DNA of 64,000 nucleotides, taken from a virus. Lineage: Duplodnaviria > Heunggongvirae > Uroviricota > Caudoviricetes. Within the stretch, counting starts at the first letter, position 1, and the number at the start of each line of letters is the position of its first letter. The notes under the pieces are model-generated. The model saw only the letters and a program-made list of their open reading frames with translations. It was not told where the DNA came from and searched no databases. Location of the stretch: the IMG/VR virus record IMGVR_UViG_3300036884_000676. One strand, written 5' to 3'. Below, piece by piece: positions 18,822-29,026 of the stretch. The position numbers were made by a program, and so were the translations under genes.

Positions 18822-19787
18822 TTAGATATTTATCGAATTTTTCATATTTTCGTAAAGTTGTTTTGGTGTTGATTCTTCATCCAATTTCACGATTTTTAGG
18901 TTTCTTTTCAATCTTTCCATAATTATAACATCTTGGCTATTGTCTAATCTCTTGCTAAACTTAATTATCTCAAGCAGGTTGTCTTTAAATACCTGAGAGT
19001 TAAAATCTATCGTGCCGGGATATGTCCCCTTATATAGAGTATAAATCGTTTGAATACCAGCATCTCCAATCCCACGATTTCCCTGCATAAAGATTGATTT
19101 GATATTATCTTTTCCATGACCCATTATCTTTCTGAAAAGTTCGAATTCATTATTTATCTCAACTGTCTTTTTTCCATTGAGAAATTTTTCGAAAAATTCA
19201 ACGAATTCCATTTCATTATTTGTTTGAAAAAGATTATCCTCAAAAGTCTTAACGATATTATCAGTGAACATATTATATTGTTCTGGTAGATAAACCCTTT
19301 CATCATTATATTTGAAATTATACATCATATTGATGTATTTGAGATCTAATCCATCATAGCAAATAAGTTCATATAAATCACTATCAGACGATACTATAAA
19401 CGTTGATTCCCCCTTTTTGTTTAAATTCTTTACAAGATATGCCATTATATCATCACCTTCCATCCTATCGACTTGAAGTAAATCAACAGTTTTTTTGAAT
19501 GATATGGCTGTTTTTAATTCACCATATTCTTGATAAATGAATTTCCAATCTATATCTTCGTCTTTTTTTCTTGTCCCTTTATATTCAGGATAAAAGTCTT
19601 TTCTCCAATTACCAGTGGAATCAGAGATGAAAAATGTTTTACGAAAATGAAAAAGGTGGGTTAAAATGTTGAAATCCCTTTCCAAAATATTATATAATTC
19701 CGAATAAAGGATCTTGTTTTTCCAGAGAGTACTTATATTTTTTCGTAAAAGATAATTCCCATCAATAAGCAAATTTAAATTAATCAT
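18822..19787 (-). CDS. T4 RNase H-like 5'-3' exonuclease
   Basis: LLIDGN, WRKDFYPEYKGTR, EGDDIMA and SSDSDL; start moved to ATG 19787. Confidence 0.88.
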   Translation of the reverse strand: MINLNLLIDGNYLLRKNISTLWKNKILYSELYNILERDFNILTHLFHFRKTFFISDSTGNWRKDFYPEYKGTRKKDEDIDWKFIYQEYGELKTAISFKKTVDLLQVDRMEGDDIMAYLVKNLNKKGESTFIVSSDSDLYELICYDGLDLKYINMMYNFKYNDERVYLPEQYNMFTDNIVKTFEDNLFQTNNEMEFVEFFEKFLNGKKTVEINNEFELFRKIMGHGKDNIKSIFMQGNRGIGDAGIQTIYTLYKGTYPGTIDFNSQVFKDNLLEIIKFSKRLDNSQDVIIMERLKRNLKIVKLDEESTPKQLYENMKNSINI

Positions 19788-19842
19788 TAAGGATTGATTA
19801 TTTTTCCTTATATAAAGTAGGTAAGAATGAAAGTTTATTATT

Positions 19843-20247
19843 TTAAGTGAGTGGAATATCTTCATCTGAAAGAATCCAATCTAATTTGAGCCTTCTTTCT
19901 TCATTAGTCATATAAGGTAGTTTGTCTTGATAATCAGCCAACATATTTGGTTTTTCTGGATCATCATTAATTACTCCTTCAGACTCCATCAAATATAATT
20001 TATTGTCATTAATTTTATAAAAAGGTGTCTTTTGGGGTGATTCTCTGTATATCATTTCGGTACAACCAAAAATAGAACCAATAGGATGTTCTTCTCGGAT
20101 ACTATGTGAACAAGATATATTTAATGTCACATCTAAATCCTTACCATTCAATTTTTGTCCACCAAGAACACGAACACGAACTTTCTTATCTTTTTTCCTG
20201 CTACCATTTTCTTTTTCGTAACAAGTTTTAACATAATAATAAGCCAT
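19843..20247 (-). CDS. hypothetical early protein
   Basis: 134-aa ORF; early-promoter-like sequence upstream; C-terminal ERRLKLDWIL motif. Confidence 0.7.
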   Translation of the reverse strand: MAYYYVKTCYEKENGSRKKDKKVRVRVLGGQKLNGKDLDVTLNISCSHSIREEHPIGSIFGCTEMIYRESPQKTPFYKINDNKLYLMESEGVINDDPEKPNMLADYQDKLPYMTNEERRLKLDWILSDEDIPLT

Positions 20248-20308
20248 ATCTCTGATTTTTTAATAAAGTTAAAAAAAAAATTCGAATAAAAAAATTAAAA
20301 GATTAGAT

Positions 20309-20620
20309 TTATATCATATAAGTTACTTTATCAAAACGAGGAAGAACAAGAGGTTGATTGTTTTCATCAAGCCCCATATTCACTTCATAAGTATAATAAA
20401 TAGTGACTGAATTTAATTTTTCTTTTTTAACTGGTTCACTACCATCTTCCGTTAATAGAGTTTCAGTTTCATAATTTAATTCAACACCCGGAATCTCACC
20501 AATCAAAGAATGTAAATCATTTTTAATTTGATTCGTATTTAAATTTCTTTCACTCAGGTCATATTGACTTGAAAAATAATTATTTATTTGCATTTTTTTG
20601 AAATTAGCTATTTCATCCAT
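20309..20620 (-). CDS. hypothetical late protein
   Basis: 103 aa; TTAATATATAA at 20643-20653. Confidence 0.65.
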   Translation of the reverse strand: MDEIANFKKMQINNYFSSQYDLSERNLNTNQIKNDLHSLIGEIPGVELNYETETLLTEDGSEPVKKEKLNSVTIYYTYEVNMGLDENNQPLVLPRFDKVTYMI

Positions 20621-20669
20621 TTTTTGAAAGATTTATTTTGACTTATATATTAAAACTAATGAGATCAGT

Positions 20670-22931
20670 TTAAATTAGTTTACTGATACTGTTCAGCATT
20701 TGATTTTTAGTTATTGGTTTGGACAAAAAATCATCAGCACCTAAATCATAAGCCTTTTTTCTAAATTCTGAAACAGCATATGCTGATTGAACAATTACGA
20801 CAATATTTTTATTGTGTGATTTCACATCTTTCAAAACTTTATAACCATCTATATCTCCAAGTCCAAGGTCGAGAAGAACTAAATTAATTTTATTCTTCTT
20901 GATAGTTTCTAAAACTTTATTACCATCACTAACAAAAATTTTGCAATTAGTTGCTTTTAAATAGGATCTCAGTATGTGTATAAAATTTTCATCATCCTCA
21001 ATTATTAAAATATTTATACCTGTTAAATCAATTAATTCGTCCTCTTCGGTATTTTCTGAAACATATATATCATCCTTTATAGCATAGGGAACTTCAAAAT
21101 AAAAAGTACTCCCCTTATCCAATTCAGAATCAAATTTTAAATCACCATAACCCAAAATTTCAATTAATGATTTCGAAATAGGTAAACCCAATCCGGCACC
21201 TTTGTTCTTTGATCCCGGTTGTCCAAATTGTGCAAAACGATTAAATATAATTTTGAGATTGTCTTTTGAAATTCCTATTCCAGTATCTTTAACATATATT
21301 TTCAATTTGTTTTTATCCAAAATTTCATAACCAAATTTAACGAACCCTTTTTTCGTGAATTTTATAGCATTACTTAATAAATTCATTAAAATTTGTTTCA
21401 ATCTATATTTATCAGTACATATACGAATATTACTATTTAAATCAATATCAATATTTAATTTAACTTTACTTGTACCAATGATTTTCGAATATTGTACTTT
21501 CAATTCTTGTAATAATTTATTGAGTTCAACTTCTGTTTTCTGAACTTTCAATGTACCAGAATCTATCTTAGTAATATCTATAATATCATTTATTAAATTG
21601 GTCAATATATCACCATTCTGGATAATAATATCCAAATAATTCATCTTCTCTGCTTTACTCACATTCTCTTTTAAGAGTTCAGAAAATCCTATTATACTAT
21701 TAATAGGAGTTCTCAAATCATGGCTCATATTAGATAAAAAAGCCATTTTTAATTTTTCAGATTCTTCTGCCTTTTCTTTGGATTTTATCAATTCTTCTTC
21801 GAATATTTTTCTATCGGTGATGTCTAATCCAAAAGATATTGTTCCTGATATAATATTATGCTTTCTAACTTCATTATTTTGCCACAATATATACCTTATT
21901 TCACCATGTTTTGTGATAATAGAATTTTCAACAATATCCGTAGAATCATCTTCTGATAAAATAGATTCGAATATTTTATTAACTTTAGGTAATTCATTCT
22001 TTGGTAATATCGGAATATCATTAAACCAATTCTTTCCCATCATTTCTTCTTTTGAATATCCAGTTATTTTTTCTGCTGTTTTATTAAATATATTTACACG
22101 GCCATTTATATCCAATCCAACAATCATAACATTTGCTGTATTCAATAGATTTTCCGTGAATAAATATGAATCTCTTAAAGTATTTTCTAATTCTATGTTT
22201 TCGGTAATATCTGATAATATTGAAATAAAACCTATATCGTTCCAAGGAGAACTTGACACTTCAAAGTGTTTGTTCATTTTTGGATAATAAAATCTAAATT
22301 TCTTCGGTTTTTTGTGTAAAACAACATCAGCATATTGATCTAACACTGGAATTTCACCATAAATTTCACTGGCCAACTTTCCTTTAACTTCTTCTCTCTT
22401 GAAACCAAATATATCCTCATATGTCTGATTGGTATCTATTATAGTATAATCTACTGGTTTTCCTTTTTCATCAAATATCATTTCGTGAATTGCCACTCCC
22501 TCAATCATATTATCCAATAATGATTCAAAATAAAGCTCATATTTTTTTAAATTTTTCCTTTTTATTTGCTGAAGTTTATTTTTAAGTACATTTTCTAAGG
22601 CGGATTTAATTTCCGATTTATCTGATGTTTTTATAATATAAGATGATACCCCGGCCCCAAACATTTTATTTTTCCAAATCACTGAATCTTCACAAGTAAA
22701 GATAGCAATTGGAATATCTGGATATGCATCTTTTAGGATTTCTGTATTTTCAACTGGATCAGTTTCGTTCAACAACAAATCTAATATAATAATATCAAAT
22801 TTTGATGAATCTAAATTTAATGCCCCCTCAAGGGTTAATGATGAAAACACAATTTCAGCAAAATCTTTTGTTAGAGTTTTAATACCAGAGATCGTAACTG
22901 GATGGTCATCTATAACTAATAATCTTATCAT
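20670..22931 (-). CDS. hybrid sensor histidine kinase, REC-PAS-PAS-HisKA-HATPase-REC
   Basis: VIDDH...IILDL...YIIK; two PAS-like segments; FLSNMSHDLRTPINSIIGF; NLLSNAIKFT, DTGIGI, GAGLGL; IIEDD...LLDLG...FLSKP. Confidence 0.95.
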   Translation of the reverse strand: MIRLLVIDDHPVTISGIKTLTKDFAEIVFSSLTLEGALNLDSSKFDIIILDLLLNETDPVENTEILKDAYPDIPIAIFTCEDSVIWKNKMFGAGVSSYIIKTSDKSEIKSALENVLKNKLQQIKRKNLKKYELYFESLLDNMIEGVAIHEMIFDEKGKPVDYTIIDTNQTYEDIFGFKREEVKGKLASEIYGEIPVLDQYADVVLHKKPKKFRFYYPKMNKHFEVSSSPWNDIGFISILSDITENIELENTLRDSYLFTENLLNTANVMIVGLDINGRVNIFNKTAEKITGYSKEEMMGKNWFNDIPILPKNELPKVNKIFESILSEDDSTDIVENSIITKHGEIRYILWQNNEVRKHNIISGTISFGLDITDRKIFEEELIKSKEKAEESEKLKMAFLSNMSHDLRTPINSIIGFSELLKENVSKAEKMNYLDIIIQNGDILTNLINDIIDITKIDSGTLKVQKTEVELNKLLQELKVQYSKIIGTSKVKLNIDIDLNSNIRICTDKYRLKQILMNLLSNAIKFTKKGFVKFGYEILDKNKLKIYVKDTGIGISKDNLKIIFNRFAQFGQPGSKNKGAGLGLPISKSLIEILGYGDLKFDSELDKGSTFYFEVPYAIKDDIYVSENTEEDELIDLTGINILIIEDDENFIHILRSYLKATNCKIFVSDGNKVLETIKKNKINLVLLDLGLGDIDGYKVLKDVKSHNKNIVVIVQSAYAVSEFRKKAYDLGADDFLSKPITKNQMLNSISKLI

Positions 22932-22954
22932 TTTTAATATGAACCCACTTTTTC

Positions 22955-22966
22955 AAATATATATAA
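22955..22966. promoter_or_regulatory. near-symmetric late-type motif between divergent kinase and RuvC-like genes
   Basis: AAATATATATAA lies 20-25 nt from both starts. Confidence 0.5.
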
Positions 22967-22987
22967 AAAAAGCAATCCAATAATTTT

Positions 22988-23722
22988 ATGAATTTGGTTG
23001 GAATAGACATATCGGTTAATAGTACTGGATTATCAATACTTAGAAATGATGAAATAATTTTATTTAATTTCACCACCACCAAAAAGAGTTATGTGTGGAT
23101 TAAAAAAACTTTAGAACATATAGATTTCGAGTTTATTAATTACACTCATCCAGATATAAAGAATTATAGTGAGAAAGAAATAATAAAACTGAGAGAATTC
23201 GACAAAGTATCTGATATGATTTTCAATAAAGTATATGGTAATATTGATAAGAGTAAAAAGACTTATATATGTATTGAAGGTTATAATTATGGATTGAAAA
23301 ATACTAATTCAATCATCGATATTGTTACTTTAACCACAATGATTCGTAAGAAATTATATGATGGAATTCCTAATCTTGAACAAATTCTCATTTTGGCACC
23401 AACTTCTATAAAAAGTAAAACCTGTGAGATGGTATATGGGTCAACAACAGTTGAAAAAGTTAATAAAAAAGGAATTAAAAAAGTAACCAAAACTATAAAT
23501 AAAAGTCCTGATAATATAACAGGTGGAAAATTTGAAAAACATGATATGTTGAAAGCCATCATTGATTTCGACATTGATATTAAATTGACCAGTTTCTTAA
23601 AAGAAAATAAAGATGAATTATTATCCCATAAGAACATACCAAAACCGTTTGATGATATAATTGATTCTCTATTTATTTTATTAATATTGAAAGATATCAT
23701 CAAACAGAAAACAATTTTGTGA
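22988..23722 (+). CDS. RuvC-like nuclease / Holliday junction resolvase
   Basis: VGIDISVNSTG, CIEGYNYG, APTSIK and DDIIDS acidic RNase H-fold pattern. Confidence 0.75.
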   Translation: MNLVGIDISVNSTGLSILRNDEIILFNFTTTKKSYVWIKKTLEHIDFEFINYTHPDIKNYSEKEIIKLREFDKVSDMIFNKVYGNIDKSKKTYICIEGYNYGLKNTNSIIDIVTLTTMIRKKLYDGIPNLEQILILAPTSIKSKTCEMVYGSTTVEKVNKKGIKKVTKTINKSPDNITGGKFEKHDMLKAIIDFDIDIKLTSFLKENKDELLSHKNIPKPFDDIIDSLFILLILKDIIKQKTIL

Positions 23723-23762
23723 TTTTAATATATAACCCCATAGAAAAATTATTCACTATTAA

Positions 23763-24725
23763 ATGTTTGATGCTTATGATTCTTATAATAACTTAACTGA
23801 TATTGCTTTCATTCCAAGATACAATTGGAAATTGAATGAAAGTACCAATATAATTACGGAAGCCCAAATGAATAAAGATTTAGTACCGGGTTTTCCCATC
23901 AATAAATTGATGAAATTCACTCCTCAAATGGATAATAAATTAGAACCATTACTTATTAAGGCAATTCAATATGGAATGGCATTAACAATAAGTTACAGGG
24001 GAGATAAGGATAAATGGCGTGGTGGTCGTATTCGTACCATCTATCCAATGGCCCTTGGTGTGAATCATAATACAAAGAATAAATTATTAAGAACTTTTCA
24101 TGTCGAGGGATGGTCTGTTCATAAAAGAAAAGAAGTTAATGACGAATGGAGATTAATGAAAACTATGAACATAATGTCAATAATGTTCACTGGAAATTTC
24201 TATCGAATGGCTCCAGCTGGTTATCGTCTTAATGATAGAGCTATGACAGAACGAATGATTTGTCAGGCTGATTTTTCAACTATTAGAAGAAATCAACAAA
24301 CCCTTATTAATGAGAAAAAAATTGAGAAGGTTGTTGAAACCGAACCAAAGAAAGTTCAAATCTCTAATCTAAATAAAACTTTAAATCTCAAAAAACCATT
24401 CGAAGGATTTGATAAAAAGGATCTCGAAAAACTTGAAATCACTATTTTAAAATCCATATTATCCAAACCAGAAAATAATTATGTTGCTATTGTAGGGGTC
24501 AGAGGAATTAAAGATCATAGAACCAGATTATTCACAAAAGAAAGTGGTGGAACAAGAGAAATGGGTAATTATTTAGTTCTTAGATATTTAACAAAATCAT
24601 CATCAAATAATACTAATTTGATAGAAACTTCTGTTCAAGCTCAAGATCAAGTTGAAAGACCATGTTATAATGTGGATGGAAAAACAGAATTTCCATTATT
24701 CAAATTTGATGGATTTATAAAATAA
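23763..24725 (+). CDS. WYL-like domain protein
   Basis: AI...MALTISYRG....R.IYP.ALG....LRTF...G.S....EWRLM....I pattern; late motif 23725-23735. Confidence 0.6.
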   Translation: MFDAYDSYNNLTDIAFIPRYNWKLNESTNIITEAQMNKDLVPGFPINKLMKFTPQMDNKLEPLLIKAIQYGMALTISYRGDKDKWRGGRIRTIYPMALGVNHNTKNKLLRTFHVEGWSVHKRKEVNDEWRLMKTMNIMSIMFTGNFYRMAPAGYRLNDRAMTERMICQADFSTIRRNQQTLINEKKIEKVVETEPKKVQISNLNKTLNLKKPFEGFDKKDLEKLEITILKSILSKPENNYVAIVGVRGIKDHRTRLFTKESGGTREMGNYLVLRYLTKSSSNNTNLIETSVQAQDQVERPCYNVDGKTEFPLFKFDGFIK

Positions 24726-24767
24726 ACTTCTATTTTTTAACTTAATATATTAAAATAAAAACCAATT

Positions 24768-25094
24768 ATGATAAATTTACATTTTTTAAACAAAAAGGAA
24801 TTTTTTGTAGATGAAAATAATGTGCTAATAACAGAAGAAAGAGAGAAAGAATATAAATCAAAAGGGGAAAATCCCCTTGTTAGTCATATCTTTATGGGTT
24901 CATATAAATGTGATACTGTGATAGATCTTCTCAAACTTATACAAAATATTTGTGTAGATGAATTTAAAGATGTTTATATTTACGATCAATCTACATTGGA
25001 AAATTTCTATTTTGCCACAAGAGATGATCTTTCTGGTTATGAAAATCTTATCAATAAAGAACGATCAAATAGATTAAAAGAAATATTAAAATAA
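24768..25094 (+). CDS. hypothetical protein
   Basis: 108-aa ORF ending RSNRLKEILK. Confidence 0.65.
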   Translation: MINLHFLNKKEFFVDENNVLITEEREKEYKSKGENPLVSHIFMGSYKCDTVIDLLKLIQNICVDEFKDVYIYDQSTLENFYFATRDDLSGYENLINKERSNRLKEILK

Positions 25095-25346
25095 TTATTT
25101 TATACGGGTAATTTTATAAGTTCTTTGGATATATTCATCTCCAATCTCAGCAAATTCTCCCCAATCAGTAATAGTTTCATCCCATTTATCATCCAGAACG
25201 GTTTCATCTTTCAATTTTTCTTCTAATTCGGGTAATTCTTCCAAAGAATATTCATCGGTATATCCACGACCAGTTAAATCTTTTAAGAGAAATAATTTTT
25301 CTCCATCAATATCTTCATTTATAAAATCTTTATATCTCTTAATCAT
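25095..25346 (-). CDS. putative internal head protein (CTS)
   Basis: Begins MIKRYKDFINE. Confidence 0.7.
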   Translation of the reverse strand: MIKRYKDFINEDIDGEKLFLLKDLTGRGYTDEYSLEELPELEEKLKDETVLDDKWDETITDWGEFAEIGDEYIQRTYKITRIK

Positions 25347-25362
25347 TTTAATTATGTTATTT

Positions 25363-26049
25363 TTACAAATTTACACTGAGATAGCCATGTCCATATCCAA
25401 CCTTTTTATTCCAATTTTCAATAGCTTTTCTGGCCTGTTCTTTAATTTTTGAATTTGTTAATAAATTCCTTCCCTCGTTTGTTATTGATCTGTTTTTTGC
25501 TAATAATCCTTTTTTAATTAATCTATCATAAAATTCATCTTGTAATTTTGGTCGTGCAAATGATTTCAAACTTTTTGAGGCGATTAAGATTATCAATTCT
25601 TCATCAGTTATATCCTCAGATTTCGATGTATCTGGTAGCATCAATTCGGATTTTGGTCCAGTATGAATTATAACTCTTTGTGGATAAGAACCATAAACAA
25701 CAAGTATCATTCCCTCTGGAATTTCAAGAGTTCCACTTTTTTTCTGACCTTCAATATAACCTTGTGGTGAATCAGATTCCCATCCACTTCTTGTGACAAT
25801 ATTTCCAACGGGAACTGCATTATTATTGGTAAGTCTAAAAAATTGATAAGTTTCACGATCAGCATCATGCCACGGCATACCAATTGTTACAGGCTTTCCA
25901 GATTGATCCAATCTATATTGTTGAATGTTCTTACCTGATATTTCTTTAGCCCAGTCACGAATTCCGTCTGGAATATTTTTTACCGATAAAAAAATATCAC
26001 TTGAATAACTTTCCTTAATAAATTCGATAAAAGATTTTAAATTTTTCAT
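25363..26049 (-). CDS. putative internal head protein (CTS)
   Basis: Start moved to 26049: MKNLKSFIEFIKES. Confidence 0.7.
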   Translation of the reverse strand: MKNLKSFIEFIKESYSSDIFLSVKNIPDGIRDWAKEISGKNIQQYRLDQSGKPVTIGMPWHDADRETYQFFRLTNNNAVPVGNIVTRSGWESDSPQGYIEGQKKSGTLEIPEGMILVVYGSYPQRVIIHTGPKSELMLPDTSKSEDITDEELIILIASKSLKSFARPKLQDEFYDRLIKKGLLAKNRSITNEGRNLLTNSKIKEQARKAIENWNKKVGYGHGYLSVNL

Positions 26050-26053
26050 TTTT

Positions 26054-27064
26054 TCATTCCTCTTTTTTCTTTTCATTTGCTGGTTTGAATCTCCATTTAA
26101 ACCAATAATAATTGTTTTTCTCGATGTAATAGGTTTTATCTTTTATTTTTAACACAATGAAAGGATCATTATTTTGATCTTCGTTGTGTCCTAAGACTTC
26201 AACTATTTTCCCTTCTTTTAAAAAGAATTGTCTACCCATTTCATCTCGAACAGGATTATTGTCCTTCAAATTTATATAAAGAGCTGATTCTGGTTTAAAC
26301 CATTTAACCAATTTTTTATACAAATAATTGTTCAATTTTAAAAAATACTCTCTATCAATATAAGGATAACGAGATTCATTCAATAATTCAGGACAGGTTA
26401 AGGCTGGTGGTTTATTCAAACCATTAAAATTTTTAAAAGCTCCGAAAAATTCTTCTTCATTAAATTCAAAAGACAGATAAACATCAAGTTTTAAAGATTC
26501 ATTCTGAACCATCCTTAATATCTTCATATTTTTATAATTAACACTATCTTCAAGGAATATATCACTTCTTTTATTGAACCTCGGATCATTGAATAAATCT
26601 TTGGCCATTTTCTGAGACATCTGCATTAATTTATTAGAAGTTCCGGCTGAACGAGCATATTGATCAACATACGGTCTATTATCATCACTATAAATAGATA
26701 AACTTGGATCTTGAGCAAATCCATAACCCGGACCAAATGGTGTTTGAACTTCTCCACCCATTAAGTATTGATTGAACTCAGATGATTCTACTATAATAAA
26801 ATCCATAAAATCTTCAAATTTTGTAATCATTTGTTCATCTATTTTTTCGAATTGAATCTGTTGATCTTTTAATTTTCCAAGTTGTGTAAGATTAACGGTC
26901 TCAATATCACCAATTTTCTCCGCACTTCTCATATAACACAATCTTTTTAAAATAATAGACAATTGTTTCTTCTTAGCTTCTTCTGATTGTGGTGAACCAA
27001 TACCACCACCATCCCATCCATTAGGATATCCTGTAATCTTTATTTTAAATGTTGTCTTACCCAT
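26054..27064 (-). CDS. hypothetical late protein with internal CTS-like start at 26830
   Basis: Start MGKTTF at 27064 after TTTATATATAA; internal MITKFEDFMDFIIVES. Confidence 0.65.
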   Translation of the reverse strand: MGKTTFKIKITGYPNGWDGGGIGSPQSEEAKKKQLSIILKRLCYMRSAEKIGDIETVNLTQLGKLKDQQIQFEKIDEQMITKFEDFMDFIIVESSEFNQYLMGGEVQTPFGPGYGFAQDPSLSIYSDDNRPYVDQYARSAGTSNKLMQMSQKMAKDLFNDPRFNKRSDIFLEDSVNYKNMKILRMVQNESLKLDVYLSFEFNEEEFFGAFKNFNGLNKPPALTCPELLNESRYPYIDREYFLKLNNYLYKKLVKWFKPESALYINLKDNNPVRDEMGRQFFLKEGKIVEVLGHNEDQNNDPFIVLKIKDKTYYIEKNNYYWFKWRFKPANEKKKEE

Positions 27065-27133
27065 AATTTTCTTTATATATAAATTTTGTATTTTCACTTT
27101 TTAATATATACTAAAAATAAAACAAGTCAACAA

Positions 27134-29023
27134 ATGATACAACTCAATAATTTAACACCATTTGAAGAATTCAAAAAAATGTATGAGGCTGTTAATCTTG
27201 GAACTGAGTTCAGTAATACAACAGGTCTAAAAGAATCTCTCCTTGGTAGAGGTATATTTGGTTTATTCAGAATGATTAAAAAAGGAATAAACGCCGTAAG
27301 ATTAGAATATTTTAAAAGAAGATTAGAAAATGAATATTTGGCCGGATTATTGAGATATTGTAAAACCAACAATATAGATTTAAAAAATCCACAAGCACTG
27401 AGTGACGAGGGAAAGAATGTTGCTAAACAATCATCGGAAGTAGAACAACAGAGAGATCAGGAAATGAAAGAACTTTTAAATGATATTTTATCTATCAAAT
27501 TCGACACTCCAGATTATAAAAAGATTTTAACCGAAACAAAAAATGAAATTAACAAAAATATCACTGAAATTACATCATCTGGATATAAATTAGATCAAAG
27601 TGATCAAGATTTAATTGAACAATTTAAAAAAGTAAATGAATTAATAGATAGTATTACAATTATTTGTGATAATTTTATATCCTTAAAAACAGAATATAAA
27701 GAAGAACATATTACAAATATTATCAATTCAGTAAAGAAAATGAAAGTAGATGGATTGAATTACACGGCTTCTGGAAGTGAAAAAGCCCTATTAGACACTC
27801 ACAAAGCAGAACAAGCTGTTCAGAATTTATTGTCTGAATTAAATGCTGTTACTAAAACAACTGAAAGTATTCTTAATGAAAAAGTAGGGAATAGTCCAGT
27901 TGGTATTGATTTTATTCTTGGTGATGAATTATCAACAGAGGGTGTTGGGGAATTTTTAAACAAACAAGGTGTTAATAATGTTAATGATATAAATTTTGTA
28001 CAGTTATCTAAAGTTTTTAATGATAAAATGAAAGAAAATGCCACTAAGCATGTGAATCAAAACGCCATTATGAGAGTTCAACATGGTGTTTCAGCTATAA
28101 TATATCATAAAACTACAACCCCAGATGATAGAGGTATGAATCCGGGAACAGGTGGTGGGATAGATACAGCTCAACCAACTGCACTTTATAAACCATGGCA
28201 AATAAAAGTTCAAAAAATATTGGGAGAATTTAGTCCATTTTTAAATGTTACAGCGATTGATCCATTCAAATTAAATATGTCAAATTATAATTTAAGTGAA
28301 GATCCCGGAAGTAAGAAACTTAAATCTGAAGATGAAAAGACAAAAGAGATGGATAGATTGTTCAAAATTTCAAAACTTGGACCAACAGTTGGTATTACCG
28401 AAGATTTGAAAAAATTCGGAATGATAAGATTATTTAGATCTGGTAAATTTTATGGACCTGTTTTTAAATTAGAAGAAACAAAAGGTCAAAGAGTTTACGA
28501 ATATGTGGGGAGTGTGAACATAGATAATATTAATAAGGATTTAGAAACACTTAAAAAATTAGATGATCCTAATACACAAAAATATGAAACTCCATTTGGA
28601 TCTAAAACAAAAAACGGTCTTGTTCCTGAATTTTTATCAAAAATAATACATGAAAAACAGACAATGAACTCGAAAGATTTAGTCGGGGTTTATTTTATTT
28701 TTGAAAACATTATTTCTTCACCATCAAGTGGTGAACATAGAACAAATAAAGCTCGAATTTTCTTCCTTTATTTCAAACATGGTGCCGGAAAAACATTTAC
28801 CAGTACAAATATTCCAGAATTTGAAATATATGGTTTAAATAAAGATGGAAGTAATATGATAAAAATTGATTTGACAAAATTAAATTCAATTGAGCCATTT
28901 GAGGTCGGTGTGGGTCAAACTTTTGAATTTTCCGATGAATGTCCACTTAAAAAAGATTTCTCAACACAAATAAATAATGTTGGTGTAAAATTCCTTGACT
29001 TATCAGGAGTTAGTTATAAATAA
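27134..29023 (+). CDS. large putative internal/ejection protein
   Basis: Start 27134, MIQLNNLTPFEEFKKMYEA; late motif 27101-27111. Confidence 0.65.
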   Translation: MIQLNNLTPFEEFKKMYEAVNLGTEFSNTTGLKESLLGRGIFGLFRMIKKGINAVRLEYFKRRLENEYLAGLLRYCKTNNIDLKNPQALSDEGKNVAKQSSEVEQQRDQEMKELLNDILSIKFDTPDYKKILTETKNEINKNITEITSSGYKLDQSDQDLIEQFKKVNELIDSITIICDNFISLKTEYKEEHITNIINSVKKMKVDGLNYTASGSEKALLDTHKAEQAVQNLLSELNAVTKTTESILNEKVGNSPVGIDFILGDELSTEGVGEFLNKQGVNNVNDINFVQLSKVFNDKMKENATKHVNQNAIMRVQHGVSAIIYHKTTTPDDRGMNPGTGGGIDTAQPTALYKPWQIKVQKILGEFSPFLNVTAIDPFKLNMSNYNLSEDPGSKKLKSEDEKTKEMDRLFKISKLGPTVGITEDLKKFGMIRLFRSGKFYGPVFKLEETKGQRVYEYVGSVNIDNINKDLETLKKLDDPNTQKYETPFGSKTKNGLVPEFLSKIIHEKQTMNSKDLVGVYFIFENIISSPSSGEHRTNKARIFFLYFKHGAGKTFTSTNIPEFEIYGLNKDGSNMIKIDLTKLNSIEPFEVGVGQTFEFSDECPLKKDFSTQINNVGVKFLDLSGVSYK

Positions 29024-29026
29024 ATA

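Noticed and set aside
22988-23722. RuvC-like ORF as TnpB/Cas12 effector
   Set aside because: Only 244 aa, RuvC motif I at the extreme N-terminus, no Zn finger, no array or IS ends; fits a resolvase-type nuclease.
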